This document shows positions 15,135 through 32,164 of a stretch of 64,000 nucleotides of DNA, in pieces (position 1 is the stretch's first letter; every line of letters begins with the position of its first letter). The notes under the pieces were generated by a model. That model had not been told where the DNA came from. It ran no database searches and saw only the letters and a program-made list of their open reading frames with translations. A program made the translations under genes and the position numbers. The stretch comes from Eledone cirrhosa (taxonomy: Eukaryota), in contig OZ024743.1 of assembly GCA_964016885.1 (NCBI GenBank), positions 334,366,001-334,430,000 on the forward strand. Reading direction: 5' to 3'.

Positions 15135-15244
15135 TGCTGACAATTGTTTCTTTGATCTGGTAGGTCTAGAGTTCGCTACCCGCCTGATTTTGCGTCAATC
15201 GATCTCCAATACTTTGTTTATAACCAGTCGTTTTCATCAGAGCA
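15135..15244 (-). ncRNA. Hammerhead motif with long stem II insertion
   Basis: Minus strand: UGCU-CUGAUGA-[~83 nt]-GAAA-CAAUUG-UC-AGCA. Palindromic stem III and GUC site; base of stem II is imperfect. Confidence 0.6.
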
Positions 15245-15249
15245 TATAT

Positions 15250-16100
15250 AATATAAGGAAAGAAAATGAAATCGAAAATGCAACTGGAGTCTTTTTAAGA
15301 ATATTTATTTGTTTCATTTACCGGTTTCACAGTTCTTATGCTCTTCAGACGTAGAATTGAGATGGAGGGTCTGTGGTTTTTCTCGCATTTGGTTGGTGTT
15401 CGAATGTTACTTCTGTTTTATGTAGAAAAAGTGGCTCGAATTGTTGATTTAAAAAAAAAAATAATGACTGTCACGTGAATAAGTATAATAAATTTTGCGG
15501 CAGTTCGCGTTACAGAGTTCTTATTGTATTTGCCTTTAAAAAAATGTGGCTCAAATTGTTTTTTTGTTTTTTTTTATAAATGTAATTTGGTTGGTTGATG
15601 ACTGTCACGTGAATAAGTACATCAAATTTCGCGCCAGTTCGTGTTTGGGGGTTCTTTATTGCCATTTTCACAGTCAGATGATTTGTCATTGAGCGTTTTG
15701 TGCCAAACAAAAGATAATGGTCAAGAAATGGGAGGGGGAAAAATCGTTCTGGTTCAGTGAGTATGACTCATGTGCTGAGGTGTCAAAATTCAAACTTTCT
15801 ATTGAAATAAATTGAATGTTTGTGTCGATAGTTGCGGTCGCGGTGGCGGCAGAGTAGAAAATATAAATATATTTTTTTATTTGTGTGCGGATGTGTGTGT
15901 GTGTATGTGTATATATAAGTGTGTGTGTGTGTCTGCCTGTGTGTAGGAAAATGATTCCATTAGTAGAAATGGAGAATGATGTTATGTGTGTGTAATGTGT
16001 GTGTGGGGAAGGTGTGGTTAGCATGTTAAGGTTTTAAAATATTAACGTATGTTAAAGTATATTTAGCTCTGGTCTTTTATTTTCGAATATAGAAGAGGGT

Positions 16101-16182
<82 letters not shown>

Positions 16183-16625
16183 TGTGTTGAGGGTTAGCAC
16201 CTTATGGTGTATTTGCTGGTCTATATTTTTGAATAAACATATTTTCCTTATTTATTCGTATTTGGTGTGTTGTATTGTCGGTACAAAGATAAAGTGGGAA
16301 GACTTGGAATTTGGGCATCTGATTGTTTGCGCATAAGTCTAGATGTGCACTGAGTGGTATCTGTCTTGTGTTGGGTCTCGTAATTGTTGGCGATAAATTG
16401 TCATCCTGTTTCTGAAGGTGAGTTTAGTTTGTCCTATATAATCTTCATTACATTTAATGGCATAAATGACATTTGTTGATGAGTTAGTGAAGTGATTTTT
16501 TTACAACAAAATTTTGTCCTGATTGAGGTGAGTGCAAGTTCCGCAATTAGAGCGACCACACTTTTTGACAGTTGGTTTTGGGTTTGTGGTGGGTAATTTG
16601 GCATTGGTGAGAAATGTTTTTAGTG
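15250..16625 (-). mobile_element. Degenerate Penelope-like element: GIY-YIG remnant (16205-16625) plus 3' pseudo-LTR region
   Basis: Minus strand translates with frameshifts to KKCGRSNCGTC..NVIYAIKCNEDYIGQT..RMTIYRQQLRDP..KENMFIQKYRP. Hammerhead-like CUGAAGA..GAAACCGGUA at about 15316-15350. Confidence 0.8.
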
Positions 16626-16778
16626 GTAATTACAACTAAAGTACAAGTAATAATAAACTGAACTGAAACTCAACTGGGGCGTGTGTTGATTGGCAGTATG
16701 ACCCTCAAAGGTATAACAATAACTGTTTCAACACAATTTTACATCAAGACTCTTGCGAAATAAATACAAAAACATGTA

Positions 16779-16853
<75 letters not shown>

Positions 16854-16930
16854 TAAATTAATATTCATTCTATTAAGGCTAACTAGTGATCTTGATACTC
16901 GAGTTTTTCTCAGCTGTCAACCACATACGG

Positions 16931-17011
<81 letters not shown>

Positions 17012-17140
17012 TATGTATATACAATTGTATATATATATATATAAATGAAGTAATTCCGTCGGAAAAGTCCAGGAAAAAAGAGTGCTCTATGTAGGTAACA
17101 GAGCTTAATAGTTATGTAATAAACAACATAAGGCAATTAT

Positions 17141-17198
17141 TCCATTTACCAGTGGTTTCTTAAAAGCAAAGAATTTTGCTTTCAATCATCAGAATGAA
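17141..17198 (-). ncRNA. Type I hammerhead ribozyme motif
   Basis: UUCAUU-CUGAUGA-UUGAAAGCAAA-AUUC-UUUGCUUUUAA-GAAA-CCA-C-UGG-UA-AAUGGA. Confidence 0.85.
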
Positions 17199-17626
17199 AC
17201 AATCCTGGTCTGTTTATTCATATGGATTTTAAAAACAAAAATGCAATCTATATGAAAGTGAGGCTGGAGAAGGAAGAAGGAAAGGAAAAAAAAATAAAAA
17301 CAAAAACAAAAAAAAACAGAAAAAAAAACAAAAAACAAAAACAAAAAAATTGTAATAAAAACACACATGCAAATAGACACACACACACACACACACACAA
17401 ATGTATACATACACACATATATATATATACAAACACTCATACATACACACATACACATACATATGTGTATATATATACACACATACACATACGTATACAC
17501 ATACATACATACACACATAAATATCAACACATCCATACATACACATACATATATACAACCACACACACATATATACACACATATATATATAGAAATAGAA
17601 ATATATATATATATATATATATATAT

Positions 17627-21252
<3,626 letters not shown>

Positions 21253-21264
21253 TATATATATATA

Positions 21265-21425
21265 TAAAATAAAGTTAAATAAAAGTCAAATGATTAAAAT
21301 TTAGCTTCGTTTATTACTGCTATATATATTTCAGTGACAGCCATCTTTGGCTGTGACCTCTTCAGGCAGTTTGAATTAGTATGGTATAGACAAGGTGTTG
21401 GTATACAACCAACATAAACTCAAAA

Positions 21426-21428
<3 letters not shown>
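21265..21428. mobile_element. Miniature inverted Penelope-type insertion (same family as 59259-59780)
   Basis: 21265-21393 matches 59357-59486. About 21394-21428 is the reverse complement of 59259-59292. Confidence 0.85.
21316..21370 (-). ncRNA. Type I hammerhead ribozyme motif
   Basis: ACUGC-CUGAAGA-GGUCACAGCCA-AAGA-UGGCUGUCACU-GAAA-UAUAUA-UA-GCAGU. Confidence 0.85.
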
Positions 21429-21462
<34 letters not shown>

Positions 21463-21943
21463 GCATACATAAACACATACATAGCCATACACACATACAT
21501 ATACATACAAACATACATACACACAATCATACCTATATACACACGTACATACATACACATACATAAATGCATACATATGCATGTACAAAATTAGAAAAAT
21601 ATACACACCACTCTACATATTCACACACGCAAATAAATATAAGAAAAAAATATATAAAAAATAAAATAATAAAAACTATTATGAAGTTGACAGCGATACA
21701 GGCAACGAATAAATGAACAAACACGCGTGGTAAGCAATACACACAAATGCACGTACACATACATACGTAAAAATAAATAAATACACACACTCTCACACAT
21801 AAATATACATATGCAAATACATAAACACATACATACGCATACACAAATACATAAACACATACATACGCATACACAAATACATACACAAACACACACACAC
21901 ACACACACATATACATATATACACGCACATATACATACACACA

Positions 21944-21979
<36 letters not shown>

Positions 21980-22086
21980 CACACATACATATATACACAT
22001 ATATACATATACACACACATACATACATAGCTATACGATTATACACATACAAATACGTACATATCACAAACAGGCACAACCAAATA

Positions 22087-22227
<141 letters not shown>

Positions 22228-22237
22228 AAAACTCACT

Positions 22238-24218
22238 GATACTAATGATTGTTTTGACATAAAATCCCGTAAATATCCACCTAGAATTAAAGACATGGCC
22301 AACTTCGAATTAAACCTTGTTAATCTAATTAGTGATATCAAATTTCGTAAGTACAATAGTAACTTTCAAACTAAACTGTCTAACGATATTTCTAATTTTA
22401 GAAATTCTACAAACACCTTTGTTCTTTCTGATAAAACTAAAAATCTCTTTGAAGTTAATAGTACTTTGTATAACCAACTTTTAACTAATAGTATCACCAA
22501 CAAATATCAATTAACTAATAATAATACCTATAATACTATTAATAAAGAAGCTAAAGAACTAGCTAGCTCTTTAAAAATAGACAACCGGATTGAAAGCCTA
22601 GCTAAGCGTAAAGAGTATATATTACCCTTAAAGACCATAAATTGGACTTTACTAATCGACCTAGTTGTAGACTGATTAACCCGGCTAAATCCGAAGTTGG
22701 CCTTGCAAGTAAAAAAATCTTAAGAAAAATAATTCTCCAAATTAGAACTTAAACTGACCTATCACAGTGGCTAAATACTTCCTCTGTTATTTCTTGGTTT
22801 AATAATATACAAGGTAAAAATAAGTGTAGATTTACCCAATTTGATATTGTTGATTTTTACCCCTCTATTACTGTTTCCTTATTAACTAATGTCTTAGATT
22901 TTGCAAGACCCTTCATTAATATTTCTAAATTAGAAGAAGACATTATCTTTCATGCTAGAAAAAGTTTACTCTTTACTAATGAAAATATTTGGGTTAAAAA
23001 TTCAAACCCTGAAAACTCTTTTGATGTTGCAATGGGTTCATATGACAGTGCGGGTGTGTGTGACTTAGTAGGATTATTCCTTCTCCACACCCTCAAAGAG
23101 AAATTTCCTTCCCATAATATCGGTTTATACCGTGATGAAGTATTGGCAGTTTCTCATACCACCAACGGCCATAACCTTGATAAATTTCGTAAAGATTTAA
23201 TCAATACTTTTGCTAATCTTAACCTTAAAATCACTATAGATACGAACCTTACCAATGCTAACTTTCTTGATATTAATCTTGATCTACTTACCACCTCTTT
23301 TAAACCTTATCATAAACCTAATGAAAATCTTATGTATATACACAAAGAGTCTTGCCATCCCCCTATAGTTTTTAATAATCTTATTCCCAACATTAGCCGT
23401 AGGATTTCTACCTTATCTTCGTCTATAGACATTTTTAATAAAACCACCCCTTATTATAATAAAGCCCTTAAGAACAGCGGTTTTACAGAAAATATTTTCA
23501 TTTGCCTACCCCTAAAACTAACCACAATAACAGGACAAGGGAAATTATTTGGTTCACACCCCCCTTCTCTCTAACTGTCAAAACTAATGTAGGAAGGAAA
23601 TTCCTTGAACTCTTAGACAAACATTTTCCTCCTAATCATAGATATTATAAGATATTTAATAGGATCGTAGTTCACATCAGTTACTCTTGTTGCCCATCTA
23701 TGAAGTCTAAGATCACTAGTTTAAATCATACGAGAACAAATCCAGGATGCAGTTGCAGGAAGCCGGATGAATGCCCATTGCAGGGTAAATGTAACACCAA
23801 ATCTGTTGTTTATGAGACTAAAATAACACCGTTAATCAACAACCAGCCAGCCAGGAGTGAGCGATATGTCGGCATGACCCAGGACAGGTTTAAAACCGGG
23901 TTTTACTCACATGTCGCTTCTCTTAAGCACTCCGATAAACGAACAACAACGGCCCTCGCAAGTAAGGTGTGGGAATTCAAGGATAGTAACATCCTGTACT
24001 CTATCGATTGGTCTATCTTAGACCATTCGATGGAGTACCAAAGGGGCACAAAGAATTGTTCTTTGTGTACCAGAGAAAAATATAGGATTTTGCTAAACTT
24101 GAGAGCCACTTCTGCTTGCCTAAACTCAAAGACCGAGATCTCCAGATGTTGTCCTCATCTGAAATCACATCTGATCTGTAACTGGATTGACATTCCTATG
24201 ATAACTCAACCGCCTTGA
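22238..24218 (+). pseudogene. Penelope-like reverse transcriptase + GIY-YIG endonuclease, disrupted
   Basis: [46 protein letters not shown] (YRDD mutated), CSCRKPDECPLQGKC linker, VVYE..YVGMT..CSLC..CCPH. Frameshifts near 22620 and 23500; in-frame TAA at 22750. Confidence 0.93.
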
Positions 24219-24472
24219 ACTACTTCTCTGCTCTTTACTTCTGCTACGTTTTTTTTTACCTGCTGAATCCACGTTCTGTACTCTTTTATTCTTTTTCTCC
24301 CTTATCTCCCCTTATATTTAACCTTTTCCTATGTCATTCCCCCCTTCCTTTTCCCCCCATATATTTTTTTTGCCTTACCCTTCACATACCAAAATGTATG
24401 TGTATGTATGTGTATGTATATATATATATATATATATGTGTATATATATATATATGGATAGACCAGGTTTTT

Positions 24473-24530
24473 TTCATTCTGATGATTGAAGGCAACATTT
24501 TTTGCTTTTAAGAAACCACTGGTGAATGGA
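24473..24530 (+). ncRNA. Hammerhead motif, cleavage triplet mutated to GUG
   Basis: Same family as 25762 but reads GAAACCACUGGUG. NUG is not a canonical NUH site. Confidence 0.7.
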
Positions 24531-24623
24531 ATAATTGCCTTATGTTTTCTATTACATTACTATATATATGTATATGTATATTTTGGAGTTATATAAGGTT
24601 CATATGAATTATCTAAGATTGAG

Positions 24624-24713
<90 letters not shown>

Positions 24714-24818
24714 ATGTTTGTATTTGGTTGTGCGTGTTTGTGATATGTACGTATTTGTATGTGTATAATTGTATAGCTATGTATGTATGTGTGTGTATAT
24801 GTATATATGTGTATATAT

Positions 24819-24888
<70 letters not shown>

Positions 24889-25761
24889 ATGTATATGTGT
24901 GTGTAAATATGGATATGTGTGTGTGTGTGTGTTTGTGTATGTATTTGTGTATGTGTATGTATGTGTTTATGTATTTGTATATGTATATTTATGTGTGAGA
25001 GTGTGTGTATGTATTTATTTTTACGTATGTATATGTACGTGCATTTGTGTCTATTGCTTACCACGCGTGTTTGTTCATTTATTCGTTGCCTGTATCGCTG
25101 TCAGGTTCATAATAGTTTTTATTATTTTATTTTTTATATATATTTTTTGTTATATTTATTTGCGTGTGTGAATATGTAGAGGTGTGTGTATATTTTTCTA
25201 ATTTTGTACATGCATATGTATGCATTTATGTATGTGTATGTATGTACGTGTGTATATAGGTATGATTGTGTGTATGTATGTTTGTATGTATATGTATGTG
25301 TGTATGGCTATGTAAGTGTAAATGTATGCATATATATATATATATTTCTATTTCTCTATATATACGTGTGTATATATGTGTGTGTGGTTGTATATATATG
25401 TGTATGTATGGATGTGTTGATATTATGTGTGTATGTATGTATGTGTATATGTATGTGTGTATATATATACACATATGTATGTGTATATGTGTGTGTGTAT
25501 GTATGAGTGTATGTGTATATATATATATATATGTGTGTGTATGTATACATTTGTTTGTGTGTGTGTGTGTGTGTGTATTTGCATGTGTTTTTTTATTATT
25601 ATTATTATTTTTTTGTTTGTTTTTGTGTTTGTTTTTTTTGTTTTTATTTTGTTTTTGTTTTTATTTTATTTTTCCTTTCCTTCTTCCTTCTCCAGCCTCA
25701 CTTTCATATAGATTGCATTTTTGTTTTTAAAATCCCATATCAATAAACAGACCAGGATTTT

Positions 25762-25819
25762 TTCATTCTGATGATTGAAAGCAAAATTCTTTGCTTTTAA
25801 GAAACCACTGGTAAATGGC
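25762..25819 (+). ncRNA. Type I hammerhead ribozyme motif
   Basis: UUCAUU-CUGAUGA-11-bp stem II-GAAA-CCA-C-UGG-UA-AAUGG. Confidence 0.85.
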
Positions 25820-25869
25820 ATAATTGCCTTATATTGTTTATTACATAAATATATACATATATATATACA

Positions 25870-25931
<62 letters not shown>

Positions 25932-26230
25932 TAGGGAACAAAGTGTTGCATCATATATATATATGTAATTACATATTACATGTTTCACTGCCGATCAGCT
26001 CCAGGAACGATCGATTATGTTCGTTCCTGACTCTGCAATGGAAAGCTCCTCAGATATGTGTTCCTACATGTAGACTCACGTTCAAATGTTGGTGATCGGC
26101 AGTGAAACATGTGATTAAATATGTAGATGATGTAACACTGATTCTTTGTTTCCTAATTATTATTGATACTCTGCTCCCCAATAGCACCGAGTGCACCGAG
26201 TGTCTGTGTACGCAATCCAATTGCACCCTT
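25932..26230. mobile_element. Fold-back Penelope-type insertion (family of 36331-36740)
   Basis: Starts agggaacaaag like 36332. Partial inverted arm at 26092-26155, then a tail homologous to 36655-36740. Confidence 0.75.
25972..26058 (-). ncRNA. Hammerhead motif with extended stem II
   Basis: Minus strand: CAUAU-CUGAGGA-GCU..~60 nt..AGU-GAAA-CAUG-UA-AUAUG. Confidence 0.72.

Positions 26231-26299
<69 letters not shown>
26231..26299. repeat. (TAC)n microsatellite
   Basis: Direct reading. Confidence 0.95.
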
Positions 26300-26829
26300 A
26301 CACACACCCATATATATATATATATATAGAGTGAGCGATAAAGAATCAAGGAAAAAATATATAAATAAAGAAGGTAAGAGAGAAATAGTGTAGTTTATTT
26401 GAATGTGTGTGCAATGATATGCAACTTACCCGAAATTCAACGAATCAAAAAAACGAAACGAAATACTCTGACTTACACAATGTTAGTTAATAGTAAGCAT
26501 AACAATGCTTTCTAAAGAAAGAAAACTATAGGGAAAGGAAAATAATACATTTCTGATCAAAGGAATATTGTAAGTAATTATAGAAAAATATGCACCCTAA
26601 TGGCAACTACCATCAGGAGGCGGTCAGAATTTGGAAACGAGAGAAATAAGAAGAAAATTTTAATAGAACATTGTTGAAACATAAGAAAACAGTCAGAAGA
26701 AGCATTAATAAGAAGCAAGGAAGAAATGGCAGAAGCTGAATATAGAAATCTTTCAACATTCATGGTGTGACATGTAATCAAATCACGTACCGGCCTCTAT
26801 TGTTGTAGTGTGTTTGAAAAAAGCCACAC

Positions 26830-26900
<71 letters not shown>

Positions 26901-27000
26901 AATGAAGTAATTCCGTCGGAAAAGTCCAGGAAAAAAGAGTGCTCTATGTAAGCAACAGAGCTTAATTATTATTATGTAATAAACAACATAAGGCAATTAT

Positions 27001-27058
27001 TCCATTTACCAGTGGTTTCTTAAAAGCAAAAGGTTTTGCTTTCAATCCTCAGAACGAA
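27001..27058 (-). ncRNA. Type I hammerhead ribozyme motif
   Basis: UUCGUU-CUGAGGA-UUGAAAGCAAAA-CC-UUUUGCUUUUAA-GAAA-CCACUGG-UA-AAUGGA. Confidence 0.82.
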
Positions 27059-27359
27059 AAAATCCTGGTTTGTTTATTGAATTTGGATCTTAAAAACAAA
27101 AAAAGCAAGCTATATGAAAGTGAGGCTGGAGAAGGAAGAAGGAAAGGAAAAAATAAAAACAAAATAAGACTACCCATACAACCACACATACACGAAAACA
27201 CACACACACACACACACACGCGCATGTGTATGCGCGCACGCACGCACGCGTATACAAATATAAATATATTTCTCCCATACACATGTGTGTGCGTGCATGC
27301 GCGCATACGCGCAGGGTATGTTCTGTTGAAAGTGTCTCGTGAATTTATGGCTACAGTTT

Positions 27360-28469
27360 ATGGCCATGACCTTGATAAATTCCGTAAAGATTTAATTAAT
27401 ACTTTTGCTAATCTTAACCTTTAATCAATACTTTTGCTAATCAATACTTTTGCTAATCTTAACCTTAAAATTACTATAGATACGAACCTTACTAATGCTA
27501 ACTTTCTTGATATTAATCTTGATTTACTTACTGCCTCTTTTAAACCCTACCATAAACCTAACGAAAATCTTAGGTATATACACAAAGAGTCTTGCCATCC
27601 CCCTATAGATTTTAATAATCTTATTCCTAACATTAGCCGTAGGATTTCTACCTTATCTTCGTCTATAGACATTTTTAATAAAGCCGCCCCTTATTATAAT
27701 AAAGCCCTTAAGAACAGCGGTTTTACAGAAAAAATTTCTTATTTACCTACTCCCCCCCCCCCCCTAAAACTAACCACAATAACAGGAAAAGGAAGATTAT
27801 TTGGTTCACACCCCCTTCTCTCTAACTGTCAAAACTAATGTAGGAAGGAAATTCCTTGAACTATTAGACAAACATTTTCCTCCTAATCATAGATACTATA
27901 AGATATTTAATAGGAACGTAGTCAAGATCAGCTACTCTTGTTGCCCATCTATGAAGTCCAAAATCACCAGCTCAAACCGGACGAGAATAAATCCAGGATG
28001 CAGTTGCAGGAAGCCGGACGAATGCCCATTGCAGGGTAGATGTAACACTAAATCTGTCGTTTATGAGGCTACGATAACACCAGTAATCAACAACCAGCCA
28101 GCCAGGAGTGAGCGATATGTCGGTATGACCCAGGACAGGTTTAAAACCAGATTTTACTCACATGTCGCTTCTTTTAAGCACTCAGATAAACGAACATCAA
28201 CGGCCCTCGCAAGTAAGGTGTGGGAACTCAAGGATAGTAACATCCCGTACTCTATTGATTGGTCTATATTAGACCATTCGAGGGAGTACCAAATGGGCAC
28301 AAAGAATTGTTCTTTGTGTACCACAGAAAAGTATAGGATTTTGCTAAACTTGAGAGACACTTCCGCTTGCCTTAATTCAAAGATTGAGATCTTCAGATGC
28401 TGTCCTCATCTGAGACCGCACCTGATCTGTAACTGGATTGACACTCCTATGAGAAATCAACCGCCTTGA
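27360..28469 (+). pseudogene. Penelope-like RT C-terminus + GIY-YIG endonuclease, frameshifted
   Basis: NFLDINLDL..YIHKESCHPP, CSCRKPDECPLQGRC, VVYEATI..YVGMTQDRFKTRFYSH..CSLC..CCPH. Frameshifts in C-runs at about 27755 and 27812. Confidence 0.92.
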
Positions 28470-28676
28470 ACTCCTTCTCCCGCTCTTTACTTCTGCTACG
28501 GTTTTTATTTTACTGTTTCTACGTTCTGTACTCTTGTATACCTACATTTATTATATATTTTTTTCTCCCTTACCTCCCCTTATATTTTACCTTCTCCTAT
28601 GCGGCCCCCACATATATTCTTTTTGCCTTGCCCTCCACATACCTATGTGTTTGTGTGTGTATATTTGTGTGTATAC

Positions 28677-28716
<40 letters not shown>

Positions 28717-28861
28717 GTATATATATATAGATATGTGTGTGTATGTGTGTATGTATATATGTTTATACGTATGTGTGTGTGTGCCTGTGTGTATGTATTT
28801 ATATATGTATGTATTTGTGTGTGTGTGTATATATGTGTATGTGTGGATAAGCCAGGTTTCT

Positions 28862-28920
28862 CTCATCCTGAAGATTGTATGAAAAATTTTTTTGCTTTTA
28901 AGAAACCCTTGGTAAATGGA
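28862..28920 (+). ncRNA. Hammerhead motif, stem II degenerate
   Basis: CUGAAGA..GAAACCCUUGGUA-AAUGGA at the same position in the element as 24473. Confidence 0.6.
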
Positions 28921-29089
28921 ATAATTGCCTTATGTTGCTTTAATACTTTACTACTATATATACGTATATGTAAGGTCCTTATGGTTTATCTAAGATTGAG
29001 TTTTACATACACACACGCATATACGTGTGTGTATGCGTATGCATGTGTGTGGGCGTGGTTGTGTATGTGTGTATATGTGTATATGCATG

Positions 29090-29132
<43 letters not shown>

Positions 29133-29594
29133 GTGTGTGTATATATGTGTGTGTCTACATATGTGTGTGTGTGTGTGTGTGTGTGTGTTTGTATTCTGTT
29201 GTGCGTGTTTATGATATATACGTATTTGTATGTGTATAATTGTTTAGCTATGTATGTATATGTGTGTGTATGTGTACGTGTGTATATATATATGTGTGTG
29301 TGTACGTTTGTATTTATGTAATTATATGTGTGCTTATGTATGCATTTATGTGTGTGTGTGCATATATTTGTATACACATGTGTGTGTGTGTGTATAGATT
29401 GTACACTTGTGCGTGGTTATGCATGTATGCGTATGTATGCGGTTATGTATTTGTATTTGAAAAATGTTTTTTTTTTTTCTCATGTGTGAGAGTGTGTGAA
29501 TGCGTTGACTATTTCGTGCGTATGTATATGTGCTTTTGTGTGTGTGTATGTGTGTGTATATATGCATGTGTGTGTGTGTATGTGTGTGTGTGTA

Positions 29595-29631
<37 letters not shown>

Positions 29632-29654
29632 GTATGCGTGTGTGTGTGTAGATA

Positions 29655-29704
<50 letters not shown>

Positions 29705-30243
29705 TTTGTATGTTTGTTCTTAGAGGAACAAAGGCAGACAGATTTCTGTATTCAGATTGGAGTCAATCCTTATCATTGGCTTTCTCTTTAGCTTACAGGT
29801 GTCTGTATGATCAGTATGGGGTCAGTCATGGTAGATAGTTTTGGAGGAAGGGGAGATTCCTTAAAAGCTAAATTCTTAAAGGTTCTAGTATATTGACGAA
29901 GGTTTAGGGAATTCTGTGGACAATTTCTAAGTATAATCTATACAACCGTAGCCATAAATTCACGAGACACTTTCAACAGAACACACCCTGCGCGTATGCG
30001 CGCATGCACGCACACACATGTGTATGGGAGAAATATATTTATATTTGTATACGCGTGCGTGCGTGCGCGCATACACATGCGCGCGCGTGTGTGTGTGTGT
30101 GTGTTTTCGTGTATGTGTGGTTGTATGGGTAGTCTTATTTTGTTTTTATTTTTTCCTTTCGTTCTTCCTTCTCCAGCCTCACTTTCATATAGCTTGCTTT
30201 TTTTGTTTTTAAGATCCAAATTCAATAAACAAACCAGGATTTT

Positions 30244-30301
30244 TTCGTTCTGAGGATTGAAAGCAAAACCGTTTGCTTTTAAGAAACCACTGGTAAATGG
30301 A
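30244..30301 (+). ncRNA. Type I hammerhead ribozyme motif
   Basis: UUCGUU-CUGAGGA-stem II-GAAA-CCACUGG-UA-AAUGGA. Confidence 0.82.
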
Positions 30302-30333
30302 ATAATTGCCTTATGTTGTTTATTACATAATAA

Positions 30334-30372
<39 letters not shown>

Positions 30373-30374
30373 TG

Positions 30375-30416
<42 letters not shown>

Positions 30417-30418
<2 letters not shown>

Positions 30419-30608
30419 CGAAGGAATTGTGGTAAGGAACCAGATGGACCATAACGCACCAAAGCACTCAATACTTAGGGTAGTAGAGTGGGTAATAGGA
30501 ACAAGTAAGAGCCCTACGGCAGAGCTCAAGCCGTTTCGACGGCTATTTCTGGAGTCCAGAAATAGCCGTCGAAACGGCTTGAGCTCTGCCGTCGGGGTCT
30601 TACTTGTT

Positions 30609-30613
<5 letters not shown>
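30417..30613. mobile_element. Palindromic insertion (59-bp arms, centre 30554) with ~78-bp one-sided tail
   Basis: 30495-30553 / 30555-30613 are near-perfect reverse complements between (TA)n tracts. Arms carry the 3' half of a hammerhead. Confidence 0.8.
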
Positions 30614-30676
<63 letters not shown>

Positions 30677-31450
30677 GTTTTGCGAGGTTTTGGATATGAA
30701 ATCGTGTGTCGAAACAAATATTGTTATATTTGGGGAGGGTCATATTTGTGTAATATTGCCAGAATTAATAACAGAACACACTCACTGTTTGGTTGGTTTT
30801 CGCTTTTCGCTTCTGTGTCTTTTATATCGGTAATTTAATTTATTCGGTCCTCAATGCTGCCATTGACTGACCAACGGTCAAAAATACAGATACAATATAG
30901 ACACAAACATATATATAGTTTATCAAAGTTCTTTCGTTGCGCATCTGCAACATCGTCAGTGGTTCTATTGTTTCCTCCCGTTGCATCGTATGTCTACGCC
31001 ATCTTTATTTAGTCTGTTTATATATTTATTTATTTGTTTATTTTTTTGTCTTCTTTGTGCATGCGTTTGCGTGTGTGTATAATAGTGTTTTGTTTGATGT
31101 GTGTTCTTGTTTGGGTGACTGTGTATTGGTTAATGTATTCTATCTTTACTAGTGTGTGTTTATATGTGTTTGTTGTTATTGTGCTTGTGTATGTATTTAT
31201 TTATCTATTTATTTATTTAATTATTTGTATTTCTCTTAGGTCAGTATTGTTTGTTTGGGTGTTGTTGTTATTCCATTCATTCTTTCTGTTTAGTCTTGGC
31301 CTTCTAAGTTCTATTTCACTGGCCTCTCTGATTTGCCTATCTGCTGGGTCATTTCTATGTTTAGAAATTATTCTAATTTCTATGTTGTCTATTTTACCGT
31401 CGTGTTGTTGTCTGGCATGTTAGTATACGAACATGCCAGACAACAACACG

Positions 31451-31519
<69 letters not shown>

Positions 31520-31848
31520 CACAGCAAATATATAGAAATTGTAGAAAATATAATGAATTATTAACGGTTGATATCGACGAATATGTGAACGAGAAGTAAA
31601 TATATTTCACTCAGTGAGATATTTCCTTCTATGGTACAGTTATAATATGTATTTCTGAAAGAAATACACAATCTTATTAGCAAAATAAAAACACATCTTA
31701 TTTAGGGAGAAAGAAACATGCCAGAACAAATAAATAAAATAAGAACAAATAAAATAAAAGAAATAAATAAAAGAAAAGAAAAGAAAAATTGAAGGCAATA
31801 TATTGTCTGTTGACTCTGTCCCCACCACTTTCTCAGGAAGAAATGGAC

Positions 31849-31849
<1 letters not shown>

Positions 31850-31917
<68 letters not shown>

Positions 31918-32012
31918 CAATGATAATAATAATAATAATAATAATAATGATTTCATTTATTGGCCACAAGGGCCGACATATAGGGGACAACAATAATAAT
32001 AATAATAATAAT
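31850..32012. repeat. Interrupted (AAT)n microsatellite
   Basis: Direct reading. Confidence 0.9.
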
Positions 32013-32164
32013 AAGAAGAAGAAGAAGGAGAAAAAGTGTGTGAAGAAGAAGAAGGAAATATATTCGAAGAAGGTATGTTACGATATATCCTGCTTTCTCG
32101 GTTCAAACTACAAGATAGTTAATAAATAATATTAATATTTATATAATTGTAATACCCTAATATA

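Larger units (their letters stand above)
26900..30338 (+). mobile_element. Penelope-like element 3 (same family as element 1), 5'-truncated, with inverted arms
   Basis: 26965-27355 is the reverse complement of 29947-30338. Coding remnant is highly similar to 23165-24218. Confidence 0.88.

Noticed and set aside
22238-24218. Selenoprotein-type Penelope (in-frame UGA reported for some Naiad elements)
   Set aside because: The conserved Cys positions I checked are TGT/TGC in both copies, and the internal stop seen is TAA at 22750.
23490-27820. Programmed frameshift between RT and endonuclease
   Set aside because: The two copies break frame by different lesions (a 1-nt deletion versus C-run length changes), which fits decay.
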